A DNA stretch of 64,000 bases from Candidatus Aenigmarchaeota archaeon LH_S7 (GTDB lineage: Archaea; Aenigmatarchaeota; Aenigmatarchaeia; QMZS01): the NCBI GenBank assembly GCA_023659895.1, contig JAGXOL010000003.1:1549-65548 (forward strand), written 5' to 3'. A program made the position numbers and the translations under genes. Below, one piece after another: positions 53,162 to 63,865 of the stretch; within the stretch, counting starts at the first letter, position 1; the number at the start of each line of letters is the position of its first letter. The notes under the pieces were generated by a model, which saw nothing but the letters and a program-made list of their open reading frames with translations, searched no databases and had not been told where the DNA came from.

Positions 53162-53489
53162 ATATAATCTTTTCTCCTGAAGATTCTATCATGCACAAGC
53201 CAGAACAATTACCTTGGGTTGTTGTATTTAGAGAGCAAGAGTGAGGAGAGCCTGCAATAATTCTTAAAGGACTTGTTTCTATTCTGTAATCTCCCAATTC
53301 TATTTCTGCTTCCAATCTTTCACCTTCTATTTTTTTCAAGAAATTACAGAGTTTATCTGCTTGAACTTCTTGTAACTCAGCTTTTTTTTCAGAGATAAAA
53401 TCATTTGAGAAAGTATAGAGAGAGAAGAAAATCATCACTCCTGCAGCGAACAATAATACATAAACCACTGTTGGATGCACACCCTTCAT
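53154..53489 (-). CDS. Pilin-like protein with class III-like signal
   Basis: MKG|VHPTVVYVLLFAAGVMIFF. Confidence 0.55.
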   Translation of the reverse strand: MKGVHPTVVYVLLFAAGVMIFFSLYTFSNDFISEKKAELQEVQADKLCNFLKKIEGERLEAEIELGDYRIETSPLRIIAGSPHSCSLNTTTQGNCSGLCMIESSGEKIIFK

Positions 53490-53511
53490 ATATAAAATTT
53501 ATTCTAAAATT

Positions 53512-53895
53512 ATGAAAGCAGTTATTTCAAAAGGAGGAAAAAGCTTCCAGAAGGAAATAGATGAGAACCTAGTATATGGAAAGAAAATTGGAGACAAAAT
53601 AGAGGGTTCTATCCTAGGAATGGACAAGTTTGAACTCCAAATTACTGGAGGTAGTGATAAGGAAGGATTCCCTATGAAAAAGGGTGTTGAGGGCTCTTTA
53701 AGGAAAAGATTGCTTCTCAGTAGTGGAGTAGGATACAAACCAAAGAGAAAAGGAGTGAAGAGGAGAAAGAGTGTTAGAGGTCAAAGTGTTTCAGAGGAGA
53801 TAGCTCAGCTAAATTTGAAAGTTTTGAAAGAAGGAAACAAGAAATTTGAGCAGTTATTAAAAAAGGATTCTACTGAAGAAACTGCAGTTAAATAA
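53512..53895 (+). CDS. rps6e: 30S ribosomal protein eS6
   Basis: GKKIGD, ITGGSDKEGFPM, KGVKRRKSVRG, IAQLN. Confidence 0.95.
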   Translation: MKAVISKGGKSFQKEIDENLVYGKKIGDKIEGSILGMDKFELQITGGSDKEGFPMKKGVEGSLRKRLLLSSGVGYKPKRKGVKRRKSVRGQSVSEEIAQLNLKVLKEGNKKFEQLLKKDSTEETAVK

Positions 53896-54109
53896 AATAA
53901 TTTTAATCTATTATAACTATTATGGTGGACATCAAATCAAAAATAAGTTTGGTTTTAGTATCGTTATATGACATTCCACCCACCTCAGAAAATTTTATAA
54001 ATTTCAATACCAACCATATTTATGATGAAAGAAAGGTTCAAAGCAATTCCCACCTCGCATTTGATTTTGATTAAAGTTGGTATATATAAAAGAAAAAATA
54101 TAACTTTTT

Positions 54110-55045
54110 CTACCACCACTTCACACTTTCCTTAAATTTAGTTAGTTTTTCATCTTTTTCTGGCTTCCTAAACACAAATAAATGTTCATGTGCTAATAAC
54201 AAGAAATTATATTTTATAGACATATTTTTCCATAATGGCGCCGTTTTTGTATTATGTTGTGCTTTAATGATATTTTCTTTTAATATAAAACCAACATCTA
54301 AAAAGGACTGCATTATTCTAAAAGAAATTGGAATTTCATGTTTATGTCTTCTTGTGTCACCCATCAAAATTGCACAAAATTTTCCCGGTTTTAAAATCCT
54401 ATAAAACTCCTGTGCTACATTTTTCATTTCTTCGCAAAATTCGTTTACAGAACGAACTTTTGACAAATCTCTGTTTTCTTTGTGATTGGAATTTTTTGTA
54501 TAAGAAATAATATTTGCATAAGGTGGGTGTGTTGCAATCAAATCTATAGATTCATTCTTAATTAAGTTGAGATTTCTTGCATCACCCAAGTAAGTTTCCT
54601 GTTTTGAAATTGATTTTTCATTAAGAGAACTAAAATTTAATCTATCTCTTGTTAAAATTAATGCCTCTTTATTTATATCTATTCCAATACCCTTCCTTCC
54701 AGTTAATTCACATTCTATTAAAGTTGTTCCAGAACCAACAAAAGCATCTAAAATAGTATCGCCTTCTTTTGAATATCTTAAAATTAAATTTCTTGCTATT
54801 TGCGGGGCCCAGTTCCCTCTATATTTGGTGTTTAAATAATGAGTTGCCCATTTTCCTCTATTTGGAAAACTCCATATAGTTTTAGTTTCTAATTCAAAAT
54901 TCTCTGGTTGTAATACTTTAATCCGATTGTGATTTCCTATCTCCAATTCTGTGTCTTCAATTATGATTTTTTTATATTTAGAAACAAATATTTTATAATC
55001 TTTATCTGTTACTTCTTTCATTTTAATATAATTTTTTTCTTTCAT
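54110..55045 (-). CDS. DNA amino-methyltransferase (N4-C/N6-A)
   Basis: YRGNWAPQI, DAFVGSGTT (motif I), THPPY (motif IV), HEHLFVFRK; SD-like aggtga before ATG 55045. Confidence 0.85.
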   Translation of the reverse strand: MKEKNYIKMKEVTDKDYKIFVSKYKKIIIEDTELEIGNHNRIKVLQPENFELETKTIWSFPNRGKWATHYLNTKYRGNWAPQIARNLILRYSKEGDTILDAFVGSGTTLIECELTGRKGIGIDINKEALILTRDRLNFSSLNEKSISKQETYLGDARNLNLIKNESIDLIATHPPYANIISYTKNSNHKENRDLSKVRSVNEFCEEMKNVAQEFYRILKPGKFCAILMGDTRRHKHEIPISFRIMQSFLDVGFILKENIIKAQHNTKTAPLWKNMSIKYNFLLLAHEHLFVFRKPEKDEKLTKFKESVKWW

Positions 55046-55049
55046 TTGT

Positions 55050-55196
55050 TCACCTTTCTTCTTCATTATTATTTATCCATTCTCTCATTAAAGTATTTAC
55101 CTTTGTTGAAACTTTTAGGTCTTTTTTCTCACACAATTTTTTAAACCCTTCAAACACTTCTTCATCAACTGTTACTGTAATAGGTATTTTACCCAT
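55050..55196 (-). CDS. Ribbon-helix-helix DNA-binding protein (not in ORF track)
   Basis: MGKIPITVTVDEEVFEGFKKLCEKKDLKVSTKVNTLMREWINNNEEER*. Confidence 0.75.
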   Translation of the reverse strand: MGKIPITVTVDEEVFEGFKKLCEKKDLKVSTKVNTLMREWINNNEEER

Positions 55197-55238
55197 TATA
55201 AATATTTATATTTATTTATTAATATAAATAATAAGTTC

Positions 55239-55919
55239 TTATTTTAAATTGCTCTTTAGATACCAAAGAGGTGCTAGATTTTCAACATATTTCTTATCTT
55301 TTTTGTTTTCTAATTTAACATATTTTGCTAATGGAGGCTGTCCTTTACAAACACTCATACACAAATTATCTATTTCTTTAGGATTATCTATAAATTCTCT
55401 AACCCAACCCTGAAAAAATAGTGTTGGTGGCTCAAATTTACTTTCTTTGTGGTAAACATATTCTTGCTCTATAATAAATAATTGAGCTAAAATACCTATA
55501 ATTGTAAGAGGGTTTAAAGAGTTTCCAAAACCTTCTTTTTTAATAGAATCTATTTCTTTAGAGGAAAGCAAATTTGAAAAATGTTCATATTGCTCTTTCT
55601 CAAGTTCTCCAAGTTCTTTTTCTGGATCTTTGCCATAGAAAATATTATCAAAAGCCAATAACAATTTTTCTTTTAGCTCTGGACGACTTCTTACTCTTAG
55701 ATTCAAGTCTATCATAACTCTTAAATGATTAGGTCTAAATTCTCGATTTCCTTCTTTAAGTCCTATCTGAAAATTCTTTTTAACATCATAATCCTTAAAT
55801 CTTGCAGAAAGTTTAGAGGGGCGGAATAATTGGACTTCTGTATTATCTTTTTTATATATTGTTATCTTAGTATCAAAAGGCAATTCTTTTACTGTGTTGA
55901 GCATTTTTGATTTGTCCAT
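55239..55919 (-). CDS. Hypothetical protein, candidate restriction endonuclease
   Basis: Co-oriented upstream of the RHH and MTase genes; context only. Confidence 0.45.
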   Translation of the reverse strand: MDKSKMLNTVKELPFDTKITIYKKDNTEVQLFRPSKLSARFKDYDVKKNFQIGLKEGNREFRPNHLRVMIDLNLRVRSRPELKEKLLLAFDNIFYGKDPEKELGELEKEQYEHFSNLLSSKEIDSIKKEGFGNSLNPLTIIGILAQLFIIEQEYVYHKESKFEPPTLFFQGWVREFIDNPKEIDNLCMSVCKGQPPLAKYVKLENKKDKKYVENLAPLWYLKSNLK

Positions 55920-56270
55920 AAAATAAGTTAAATAATGATAAATATTTATGAAATAAGCAAATAATTCAAGATGTCCTAAATATAATTCTAAAGAGTTCAT
56001 AACAATGCCAAACCAATAGGATATTTTGAGATTTATTAATGCAGAGTTTAAAATAATAAAGTCAGAATTCATAGAAGAAGAATATAAAATTTTCTGTCGC
56101 GAATGTAGTATATAGATTAATGAAAAAATTCCATTAAAAAATAAAAAAATTAAAGCAAAATAATTTCGATTCTATAATTTCTCCATTACCTCCAAAAATT
56201 CTTTATCTCTTTTCAATATGAATTTAATATCTTTTTATTGCTTCACTCTTTTTTAATTAATTTTATATTT

Positions 56271-56483
56271 ATGAAAATCATAGAAGACACAATTCTGGCA
56301 GATATTTTAAAAGTAAAAGGTGCAGAAGAGATTTTAACAAACTTTAATGTTCCTTGTTTGGATTGCCCTTTTGCAAAATTTGAGATTGAAAATTTGAAAA
56401 TTGGGGAGGTCTGCGAAAAATACGGAATTAATACAAACAAATTGCTCGAGGAACTAAATAAGAATATAAAGGTTAAAAACTGA
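56271..56483 (+). CDS. DUF1858-like small protein
   Basis: PCLDCPFAKFE...IGEVCEKYGINTNKLLEELN. Confidence 0.7.
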   Translation: MKIIEDTILADILKVKGAEEILTNFNVPCLDCPFAKFEIENLKIGEVCEKYGINTNKLLEELNKNIKVKN

Positions 56484-56671
56484 AAAATTTTAATTTTCTA
56501 GAGATTATATGAGACACTATGAAGATGATGAGAAAATTGAGTTGCATAAACTAGAAAAATATTGGATGAGGGAGAGAGCTTAGAAGATTATAATGAAAAA
56601 AAGAATTACACAAGATATGCGATGAATTAATTAAAAATTTTGAATGAAAAATACTAAAATATTATTAAAGT

Positions 56672-57577
56672 TTATTTCTTTGCTTTCAAATACTTGAAAA
56701 CAGAGAAGGAAGCGATTGCACCTTCAGCGCAGGCAGTTACGATTTGCCTGAAACCTGCAGACCCTGTTGTTATATCACCTGCAGAAAAAACTCCCTCAAC
56801 ATTAGTTTCCATCTTTTCATTAACTTTGATGAAATTCTTTTCCAGTTCAACCCCTAATTTTTGCGCAATGCTCGAAGATGGAACATAACCTATTTCTACA
56901 AACAAACCATCTAATTCCATTTCCTCTTCTTTTCCATCTTTCTCCAAAACAACTTCTTGCAGCAGATTTTCTCCCTCAGCTTTCTTTACTACTGCATTAC
57001 ATATTATTTCCACATTCTTGTTTTTCAGTTTGTCCAAAAGAACTTCCTCACACCTTGGCTTTTCTCTCCTGTAAATGATGTAAACTCTTTTTGCGTGTTC
57101 CGCGAGTTCCAAAGCACTCATTGCAGCGGAATTGCTACCTCCTACAACAGCCACGGTCTTGTTCTTGAAGAAAGGTGCATCACAAATAGCACAATAAGAA
57201 ATTCCTTTTCCTATGAAATTATCCTCATTCTCAATTTTTAACTTCTCTTTTTTTGTTCCTAAAGCAAAAATCAATGTTTTCCCTTCATAAGTGTTATCTC
57301 TTGTGGAAATCTTGAACTTCCTATCTTTTTTTTCAGCTTTGATCACTTCCTTTTTCTTTATTTCTGCTCCAAAATCTTTCGCTTGCTTCTCAAATTTTTG
57401 AACTAGCTCAGGTCCAGAAATAGATTCATGACCAGGATAATTTTCAACATTGGTTGCATAACTTAGTACTCCAATGTCCCTAGCCAAGACCAAAGTACTT
57501 AGCTTGTTTCTCGCGGAGTATGTAGCTGCTGAGTATCCAGCAGGACCACCTCCAACAATAATCACATCATAGACCAT
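56672..57577 (-). CDS. trxB: Thioredoxin reductase
   Basis: GGGPAG, ENYPG, SYCAICD, VVGGSNSA, FSAGD. Confidence 0.93.
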   Translation of the reverse strand: MVYDVIIVGGGPAGYSAATYSARNKLSTLVLARDIGVLSYATNVENYPGHESISGPELVQKFEKQAKDFGAEIKKKEVIKAEKKDRKFKISTRDNTYEGKTLIFALGTKKEKLKIENEDNFIGKGISYCAICDAPFFKNKTVAVVGGSNSAAMSALELAEHAKRVYIIYRREKPRCEEVLLDKLKNKNVEIICNAVVKKAEGENLLQEVVLEKDGKEEEMELDGLFVEIGYVPSSSIAQKLGVELEKNFIKVNEKMETNVEGVFSAGDITTGSAGFRQIVTACAEGAIASFSVFKYLKAKK

Positions 57578-57604
57578 AAATTTGAATTAATTATTAAATA
57601 AATC

Positions 57605-57799
57605 TTAAACCTTGAACCTCGCAATTTCCTTAATCAAGTCTTTGTGAGTCAAGAACAATGTTCTGCAGCAATATCTTTCCAAACCCAAATCATCTAAAAC
57701 TTTCTTAGGTTCTTCCCCTTTCTCAACTCTCTTTTTGTAATCTTCCCACAAATGACCAACTACCTGGCCGCATCCAAAGCATCTCACAGGGATTATCAT
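57605..57799 (-). CDS. rpo10: RNA polymerase subunit Rpo10 (N)
   Basis: [11 protein letters not shown]...[12 protein letters not shown]. Confidence 0.97.
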   Translation of the reverse strand: MIIPVRCFGCGQVVGHLWEDYKKRVEKGEEPKKVLDDLGLERYCCRTLFLTHKDLIKEIARFKV

Positions 57800-57904
57800 T
57801 ATTATAATTACTTAAAATATTTAAATTACTTTCCTTTTTCTTGATCTCTCCAGAATTCTCTAATACAAGTCCAAAATAAATTCGTTATGCTCCATGGAAC
57901 TTCT

Positions 57905-57990
57905 CTTAGTTATCAGAGCGATAGACATTTCTTTCAACTAATTTGAACTTCTCTATTTCCTGCAAAAAAGAAATTATCTTTTCTAATCTA
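57905..57990 (-). pseudogene. N-terminal remnant of an HD-domain protein
   Basis: RLEKIISFLQEIEKFKLVERNVYRSDN*. Confidence 0.35.
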
Positions 57991-58000
57991 TATCCAATTT

Positions 58001-58363
58001 TTATTCAACAAGAACTCCATTTAGAACTCCGTCTTGTCCAGGTCTGGAAGTCACTTTTACCTTACCTTTCTCAGTTTTCAAGATAACTCCTTTAGTTATT
58101 GTTTTTTTCCTGTTAAACTTAAAATTCGCTTTGTTCTCAACAACATCCTGTATTTCTAGTTTTTTTCCTCCAACATTCACGTATTGGGTGTTAAACAATT
58201 TACTCTTTAATTTACCACCTTTTGTCCTAATCTCACTCATTTTTTGCTCTCCTAATTTTATAGGAACAAGATAACCACCTCTCTGATATTTTTTCTTCTT
58301 TTTGTTGGATTTCAATCTTCGACCTGTCTTTTTCCTTCTGGATTTCAAATGCCAAAAAACCAT
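58001..58363 (-). CDS. rps8e: 30S ribosomal protein eS8
   Basis: SRRKKTG, RTKGG, ITKG, KVTSRPGQDGVLNGVL. Confidence 0.96.
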   Translation of the reverse strand: MVFWHLKSRRKKTGRRLKSNKKKKKYQRGGYLVPIKLGEQKMSEIRTKGGKLKSKLFNTQYVNVGGKKLEIQDVVENKANFKFNRKKTITKGVILKTEKGKVKVTSRPGQDGVLNGVLVE

Positions 58364-58416
58364 AATTTAGTAAAAAATTAATATTTAAATTCCTATTAAT
58401 TAAATTTTATTATTTT

Positions 58417-59808
58417 ATGCCTGAAAATAAAAATTTATTTGAAAAAGTAGTGAATCTGTGCAAGAGAAGAGGGTTTGTGTTTCCTTCATCTGAAATTTAT
58501 GGTGGATTTGCTGGTTTCTATGATTATGGTCCTATTGGTGTGGAAGTTATAAATAATATTAAAAAGGAATGGTGGAGAGCTATAGTGCAAGAAAATCTGG
58601 ATGTTGTAGGTATTGAGGGTTCTGTAATTACCCATCCAAAAGTGTGGGAAGCTTCAGGGCACACATCTGAGTTTACTGATTATTTAGTTGAATGCAAGAA
58701 GTGTAATGAATCTTTTAGAGCAGATCACTTGATAGAGGACAAATTGAAAAAGAAAGTAGAAGGATTTAAGAAAAAAAAGCTTGAAAAACTTATAAAGGAA
58801 AACAAAATTAAGTGTCCTAAGTGTAAAGGTGAACTTGGTGAAGTAAAGGAATTCAATTTAATGTTCTCAACTCAGATAGGGTCTAGTAGTCAGGAAAAAT
58901 CTTATTTGAGACCTGAAACAGCACAGCTAATTTACTTGAACTTCAAGAATGTTTTGGACACTAGCAGGCAAAAGATTCCTTTTGGTATTGCTCAGATTGG
59001 AAAAGCTTTCAGAAACGAGATTTCTCCCAGGGATTTTTTGTTCAGAACAAGAGAATTTGGGCAGATGGAAATGCAGTTCTTTGTTAGAAAGGAAGATGCT
59101 ACCAAATATTTCAAGAAATGGCAGAAAGCGAGAATGGATTGGTATTTGAATTTGGGGATAAAGAAGGAAAACATCCGTTTCAGAGAACACGACAAGAAAG
59201 AGCTAGCACATTACGCAAAAAAAGCTATGGATGTTGAATATAAATTTGATTTTGGTTGGAAAGAAATTGAGGGAATCCATAACCGTGGTGATTATGATTT
59301 ATCCCAACACGAGAAGTTTTCAAAGAAGAATCTGAAATATTTTGATGAGGAAAACAAGGAAAAATTCTTGCCTTGGGTAATTGAAACTTCTGCTGGTCTT
59401 GATAGGAACTTTATGGCTTTATTGATGGATGCTTACAAGGAAGAGAAAATTAAAGGGGAGAAAAGAGTGGTTTTGAAATTACACCCAAGAATAGCTGCTT
59501 ACAAAGTTGCTGTATTCCCTTTGGTTGGTAAAGATAATCTTCCTGAAAAAGCAAAAGAGGTTCATGCACTTGTTAAAGACTCATTCCATTGCTTCTATGA
59601 TGAGAAAGGTTCTATAGGAAGAAGATATAGAAGAATGGATGAGATTGGAACACCTTTCTGCGTGACTATAGACCATCAAACTTTGGAAGATGATACTGTG
59701 ACAATCAGGGATAGGGATTCAACAAGACAGGTAAGAGTTAAAATTAACAAATTGTTGGAAACTTTGAGGAAACTAATCAGTTTTGAGATTGATTTTAAGG
59801 AATTATAA
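58417..59808 (+). CDS. glyS: Glycyl-tRNA synthetase (alpha2 type)
   Basis: RRGF...SEIYGG, YLRPETAQ, GKAFRNEISP, REFGQME, IETSAG, GSIGRRYRR.DEIGTP. Confidence 0.97.
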   Translation: MPENKNLFEKVVNLCKRRGFVFPSSEIYGGFAGFYDYGPIGVEVINNIKKEWWRAIVQENLDVVGIEGSVITHPKVWEASGHTSEFTDYLVECKKCNESFRADHLIEDKLKKKVEGFKKKKLEKLIKENKIKCPKCKGELGEVKEFNLMFSTQIGSSSQEKSYLRPETAQLIYLNFKNVLDTSRQKIPFGIAQIGKAFRNEISPRDFLFRTREFGQMEMQFFVRKEDATKYFKKWQKARMDWYLNLGIKKENIRFREHDKKELAHYAKKAMDVEYKFDFGWKEIEGIHNRGDYDLSQHEKFSKKNLKYFDEENKEKFLPWVIETSAGLDRNFMALLMDAYKEEKIKGEKRVVLKLHPRIAAYKVAVFPLVGKDNLPEKAKEVHALVKDSFHCFYDEKGSIGRRYRRMDEIGTPFCVTIDHQTLEDDTVTIRDRDSTRQVRVKINKLLETLRKLISFEIDFKEL

Positions 59809-59876
59809 CTTGTCAAACTTAGGTCAAAAGATCTTTTTTCAAAGAAACATTCTTTTTCCAATTCTCAATTTTCATT

Positions 59877-60335
59877 TTAAGGGTCTCTAACTTTTCCCAG
59901 GAAAGAATAAAAATCTTTATCAACCCCTGGATTAAAGTTTTCTCCAAATTCCTTATAATCCTTATCAATTAGTGCTCTGCCTAATTCCTTTTCAAGTTCA
60001 TATTTAGAGGTACATTCTTTTATAAGCTCTTTGTCAAAAACCTTTTTTGAGCATTCTTTATCTCTTGAAATAAACCCCTCTAAATCTTTTTCTGCAATAA
60101 AAGGATATACTCTGTTTTTTATTTTTTCTATTATTTGGCTTCCAGTTGAGTTATTGGAATCTATAAAGACAAAGATTTTATCAAAATTAAAATGTTTGCT
60201 CCCCACTAATCTCGGAATTTTTGTATTGTTTCCTGCTATCTTTATTTCGATCTTGATTGAAAATTTTTTGAAAAGATTTTCAAAAAATATTTTGTCATGT
60301 TTCCCTTCAACTACTACTATTTTTTTCATCTTCAA
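59877..60335 (-). CDS. TOPRIM-like partner of an ABC/AAA ATPase
   Basis: VVVEGKHD, FIDSN, DLE; overlaps the ATPase stop. Confidence 0.6.
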   Translation of the reverse strand: MKMKKIVVVEGKHDKIFFENLFKKFSIKIEIKIAGNNTKIPRLVGSKHFNFDKIFVFIDSNNSTGSQIIEKIKNRVYPFIAEKDLEGFISRDKECSKKVFDKELIKECTSKYELEKELGRALIDKDYKEFGENFNPGVDKDFYSFLGKVRDP

Positions 60336-61401
60336 ATTCTTCTGTTAGCCAATAATCGCCAAGTCCTACTTCTAAGTTAATTAATTTCTTTTTTAATTCT
60401 TTGATTTTTGTTATCTTTGAGGAAAAGGTTTTTCCTTCTTTTTTTTCAATAACAAATATACTTGCGTCTTTAAGTTTCAAAAAATTTAAAAGAACTGGAG
60501 AATGAGTTACTGTAATTACCTGACTTTCAGAAATTTTAAATAAATCAACAATAACTTCTAAAGCATGGGAATAAGTAAAATTCTCTGGTTCTTCATAAAT
60601 CAAAACCTTTGGTTTTTTATTATCAATAACTGAAGTAAGCAAGGCTAAAGTTTTTAAAAAACCATCAGATAGAACAAAAGAATAATATCTTTTCCCGTTT
60701 TTTGATAGAAATCCTATAAGTTTGCCCTGAGGTGTAATTTCTATACCAATTTGCTCAAAATCATCAAATTCTTTTGCCATTTTTTCTATATTAAAATATA
60801 AGTTATCTCTTTCATTCCGCAATCTATGTAAGATCCAAAAAACATTTGTACCTTCTTTATCTATAATATCTATTTTTGGTTTTTGCTGTTCTTTCTTCAT
60901 TAGTTCTGGCCTAAAATCATAAATTACCCAATTTGATAAATAGTCCTTAACTTCTTTTAACCAATCAGATTCAATTAGATAGAAATTACCTCTAAAAAAT
61001 ATTGAATCGTGAGAACTATGAAGTCTCATATTACTTGGTGTGGTTATTTTATCATATTCTCTAATTATCTCTTTTCCTCCTTTCCTAACAACTTCTTTTG
61101 CAACACGAGCATATTCTTTTTCACCTTTTATCTCAACTTTATACTCAAAATTTTTGTTTTCAATGCTTATTTTTATATTTCTCCAAGTTTCTTTATTAAA
61201 TACTAAGTCAGAATAACCACCGGCATAATTCCTTACAAGATTATCTATCTCAAACTCTAGTATCTCTGATAAAAATGAAATTGCTTGTAAAATGTTACTC
61301 TTCCCGGAGCTATTTGGCCCTATTAACACGTTAAACTTATCTAATTCTAATTCAATCTTCTCCAAACTTTTAAAGTTCTCTATAATAAGTTTCTTTATCA
61401 T
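60307..61401 (-). CDS. ABC-type (AAA_21-like) ATPase
   Basis: IENFKS, GPNSSGKSN, LSDG, IYEEPEN, VTHSP. Confidence 0.88.
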   Translation of the reverse strand: MIKKLIIENFKSLEKIELELDKFNVLIGPNSSGKSNILQAISFLSEILEFEIDNLVRNYAGGYSDLVFNKETWRNIKISIENKNFEYKVEIKGEKEYARVAKEVVRKGGKEIIREYDKITTPSNMRLHSSHDSIFFRGNFYLIESDWLKEVKDYLSNWVIYDFRPELMKKEQQKPKIDIIDKEGTNVFWILHRLRNERDNLYFNIEKMAKEFDDFEQIGIEITPQGKLIGFLSKNGKRYYSFVLSDGFLKTLALLTSVIDNKKPKVLIYEEPENFTYSHALEVIVDLFKISESQVITVTHSPVLLNFLKLKDASIFVIEKKEGKTFSSKITKIKELKKKLINLEVGLGDYWLTEEFEDEKNSSS

Positions 61402-61511
61402 TATTGTACTTCATTTTTAATTATTAATTACTTTTTCTTAACTTTGCTACACTATTATAATTTATTTTAATCCAAAAGAACAAATAATAATTAAAAAATA
61501 TTAAAACCACT

Positions 61512-63152
61512 TTACATCCTTTCAGGAACCTCAATACCCAACAAGTTCAAACAATTTTCAAGAATCTCTCTTGTTTTCTTTACCAAATCCAATCTAAATC
61601 TTTCTTTCTCGCTTCCAATAACCTTGCAATTCTCATAAAACTTTGAAAATTCTGTGGAGAGTTCATAAGCGTAATTGCAGAGCAAATTTGGTTTTAACTG
61701 AGTTCCAGTTTTCTCAACAACCACAGGAAACTCCAAGAACTTTCTCAGCAAATTTCTTTCATGTTCATTAACTTCCTTAATTCCTTTTTTCTTGCTTTTT
61801 TCAGCTTTTTCCAGAATTGAATTGCAACGAACAGCCATGTACTGAAGGTAAGGACCTGTATTCCCTTCAAAGGAGATAGCTTTTGCAGGATCAAAATCTA
61901 TAGCTTTATTACGGTCAACCTTCAAAATTTCATATTTCAAAGCACTAACACCAATCTTTCTTGCAATTCTTTTAGTTTTTCTTTCACTCAAATCCGAACT
62001 CCTTTTTTTCACTTCTTTTTTTGCTTTTTCAGTTAATTCATCAACCAAATCATCAAGCAAAACATATTTACCTGCTCTAGAACTCATTTTCTTACCCTCA
62101 AAAGTTATAACATTGTAGCCCATGTGAACACAATTTGAAGCCCACTTATAACCAAGTAATTCTAGAATCTTGAACAATTGTTTGAAATAAGTATCTTGCT
62201 CTGAACTAACTGTCCAAATAGATTTTGATAAACCATATTTTTTGAATTTGTGAACAGTTAGAGCAAAGTCAGCAGTCAAATACAATCCTGTACCATCCTT
62301 TTTCAATACCACTATATTTGGTAAATTCTCTTTTTCTAAGTTAGCAATTATTGCACCTTCTTCCTCAAACCCAATTCCTTTGTTTAACAATTTCTTAGCA
62401 ATTTCCTTTCCTTTTTCCCTGAAATCACTTTCAAAAAAATCCACATCAAAGTAGATTCCCAATTTTTTGTATGTCTCGTTAAAACCTTTTTTAGAATAGT
62501 TTATCAACTTCTTCCAAAGAGCCTTCTTCTCCTCTTTCATTTCCAAGTTGTAAAGTATCTCTTGAGTCTCTTTGTTTATTTCTTCCTTTTCCTTCTCTCT
62601 GTGTAATTTAGCATAAATATAGGCTAATTCGTGATCCACTTTTTCTTTCTTTTTCACACCATACTTTTCAAGCGCGAGCATACCTTTAGCTACTTGCTTT
62701 CCCAAATCGTTATAGTAATTAGTTCTTATAGTTTTGTATCCTAAAGAACTTAATATTTCAGAAATAGAATCACCTAAAAAAGTTGTCCTTGCATTACCTA
62801 AATGCATTGCTTTGCAGGGATTGGGATGAGAGAATTCAACCATTATTTTTCCCTTATTAACTTTCTTTATCCTTTCCTTGAGGATATCATCCAAAATCTG
62901 CTCGTAATACAAATAGAAATTCAAATAACCTTTAACCGCCTCCACCTTTTTAAATCCTTTAGGTAATTTAATCTTCTTTTGAACTTCTTCAGCCAATCTC
63001 ATTGGATTTTTCTTTCTCTTCTTTGCTTCTACAAAACAAATATTTGAGGAAATATCACCCTGCTCACTTGGAAATTGAAAGTTCTCCTCTTTTATTTCTG
63101 GAAATTCTTTTTTCAATTCTTTCATTAATTTCTGAATAAGTGTTTGTAGCAT
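61512..63152 (-). CDS. argS: Arginyl-tRNA synthetase
   Basis: VEFSHPN, MHLGNAR, DGTGLY, KMSSR, GNTGPYLQY, C-terminal PERM. Confidence 0.96.
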   Translation of the reverse strand: MLQTLIQKLMKELKKEFPEIKEENFQFPSEQGDISSNICFVEAKKRKKNPMRLAEEVQKKIKLPKGFKKVEAVKGYLNFYLYYEQILDDILKERIKKVNKGKIMVEFSHPNPCKAMHLGNARTTFLGDSISEILSSLGYKTIRTNYYNDLGKQVAKGMLALEKYGVKKKEKVDHELAYIYAKLHREKEKEEINKETQEILYNLEMKEEKKALWKKLINYSKKGFNETYKKLGIYFDVDFFESDFREKGKEIAKKLLNKGIGFEEEGAIIANLEKENLPNIVVLKKDGTGLYLTADFALTVHKFKKYGLSKSIWTVSSEQDTYFKQLFKILELLGYKWASNCVHMGYNVITFEGKKMSSRAGKYVLLDDLVDELTEKAKKEVKKRSSDLSERKTKRIARKIGVSALKYEILKVDRNKAIDFDPAKAISFEGNTGPYLQYMAVRCNSILEKAEKSKKKGIKEVNEHERNLLRKFLEFPVVVEKTGTQLKPNLLCNYAYELSTEFSKFYENCKVIGSEKERFRLDLVKKTREILENCLNLLGIEVPERM

Positions 63153-63172
63153 AATATTCTATAACATAATTT

Positions 63173-63418
63173 ATGGATAAAGAATTATTCTCAAATATTT
63201 TTTGGATTATAATTCTAATTGTTTTTGGGTTTTGTTTAGCTATCTTGTCTCGTATTTGGTTTGGAAGTTCTGATTTTCTATCAAAATTATTAGATTACTT
63301 CACTATGTTTACAGATATTTTTAGTGAAATTATTTTTAATCCTATAGGTATAATTTTTATAATTATGATAGTAATAATTATTTTGTTTTTGTTAAGTCTC
63401 AGAAATTTTTTGAAATAG
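63173..63418 (+). CDS. Small membrane protein
   Basis: Two hydrophobic helices. Confidence 0.5.
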   Translation: MDKELFSNIFWIIILIVFGFCLAILSRIWFGSSDFLSKLLDYFTMFTDIFSEIIFNPIGIIFIIMIVIIILFLLSLRNFLK

Positions 63419-63496
63419 TAGTTATGTGTCAACATTTTTTATAAAAGTAAAAAATTGATTGGTAGATCAGTAGCAAAACTTTCTTTAAATTTCTCC

Positions 63497-63865
63497 TTAT
63501 TCTTTACTAATACTCAATTTAACTTTTCCATCATCATCAATTATTGAGTTCAATTTTATCTCATCAAACTTCCTCACCGTTAATACCACACTATTGCTGA
63601 CAAAATCCCTTATTTTTTCAGTTTCTTTAGAACAACCATAGAGGTCAAGGTGTGGTTTATCTTTCAATTTTGAGACAACCCCTCTTAATATGAATTCCAT
63701 TGGGTCAGAAATCTCTTTCTTTTCTCTTACCACTTTTAATCTACCAAAGCCTTCAACAATCCCTGAATCCACTTCATAAGGTTCCAAAGTGTTTAACAAG
63801 CTATCCATGTTTTCTCCTTCTCCTAGTTTCAAGAATATAATATTACCTTCTCTTGCAGATATCAT
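63497..63865 (-). CDS. PPC/DUF296-like protein (divergent)
   Basis: FLKLGEGE, GFGRL, KPHLDL. Confidence 0.45.
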   Translation of the reverse strand: MISAREGNIIFLKLGEGENMDSLLNTLEPYEVDSGIVEGFGRLKVVREKKEISDPMEFILRGVVSKLKDKPHLDLYGCSKETEKIRDFVSNSVVLTVRKFDEIKLNSIIDDDGKVKLSISKE

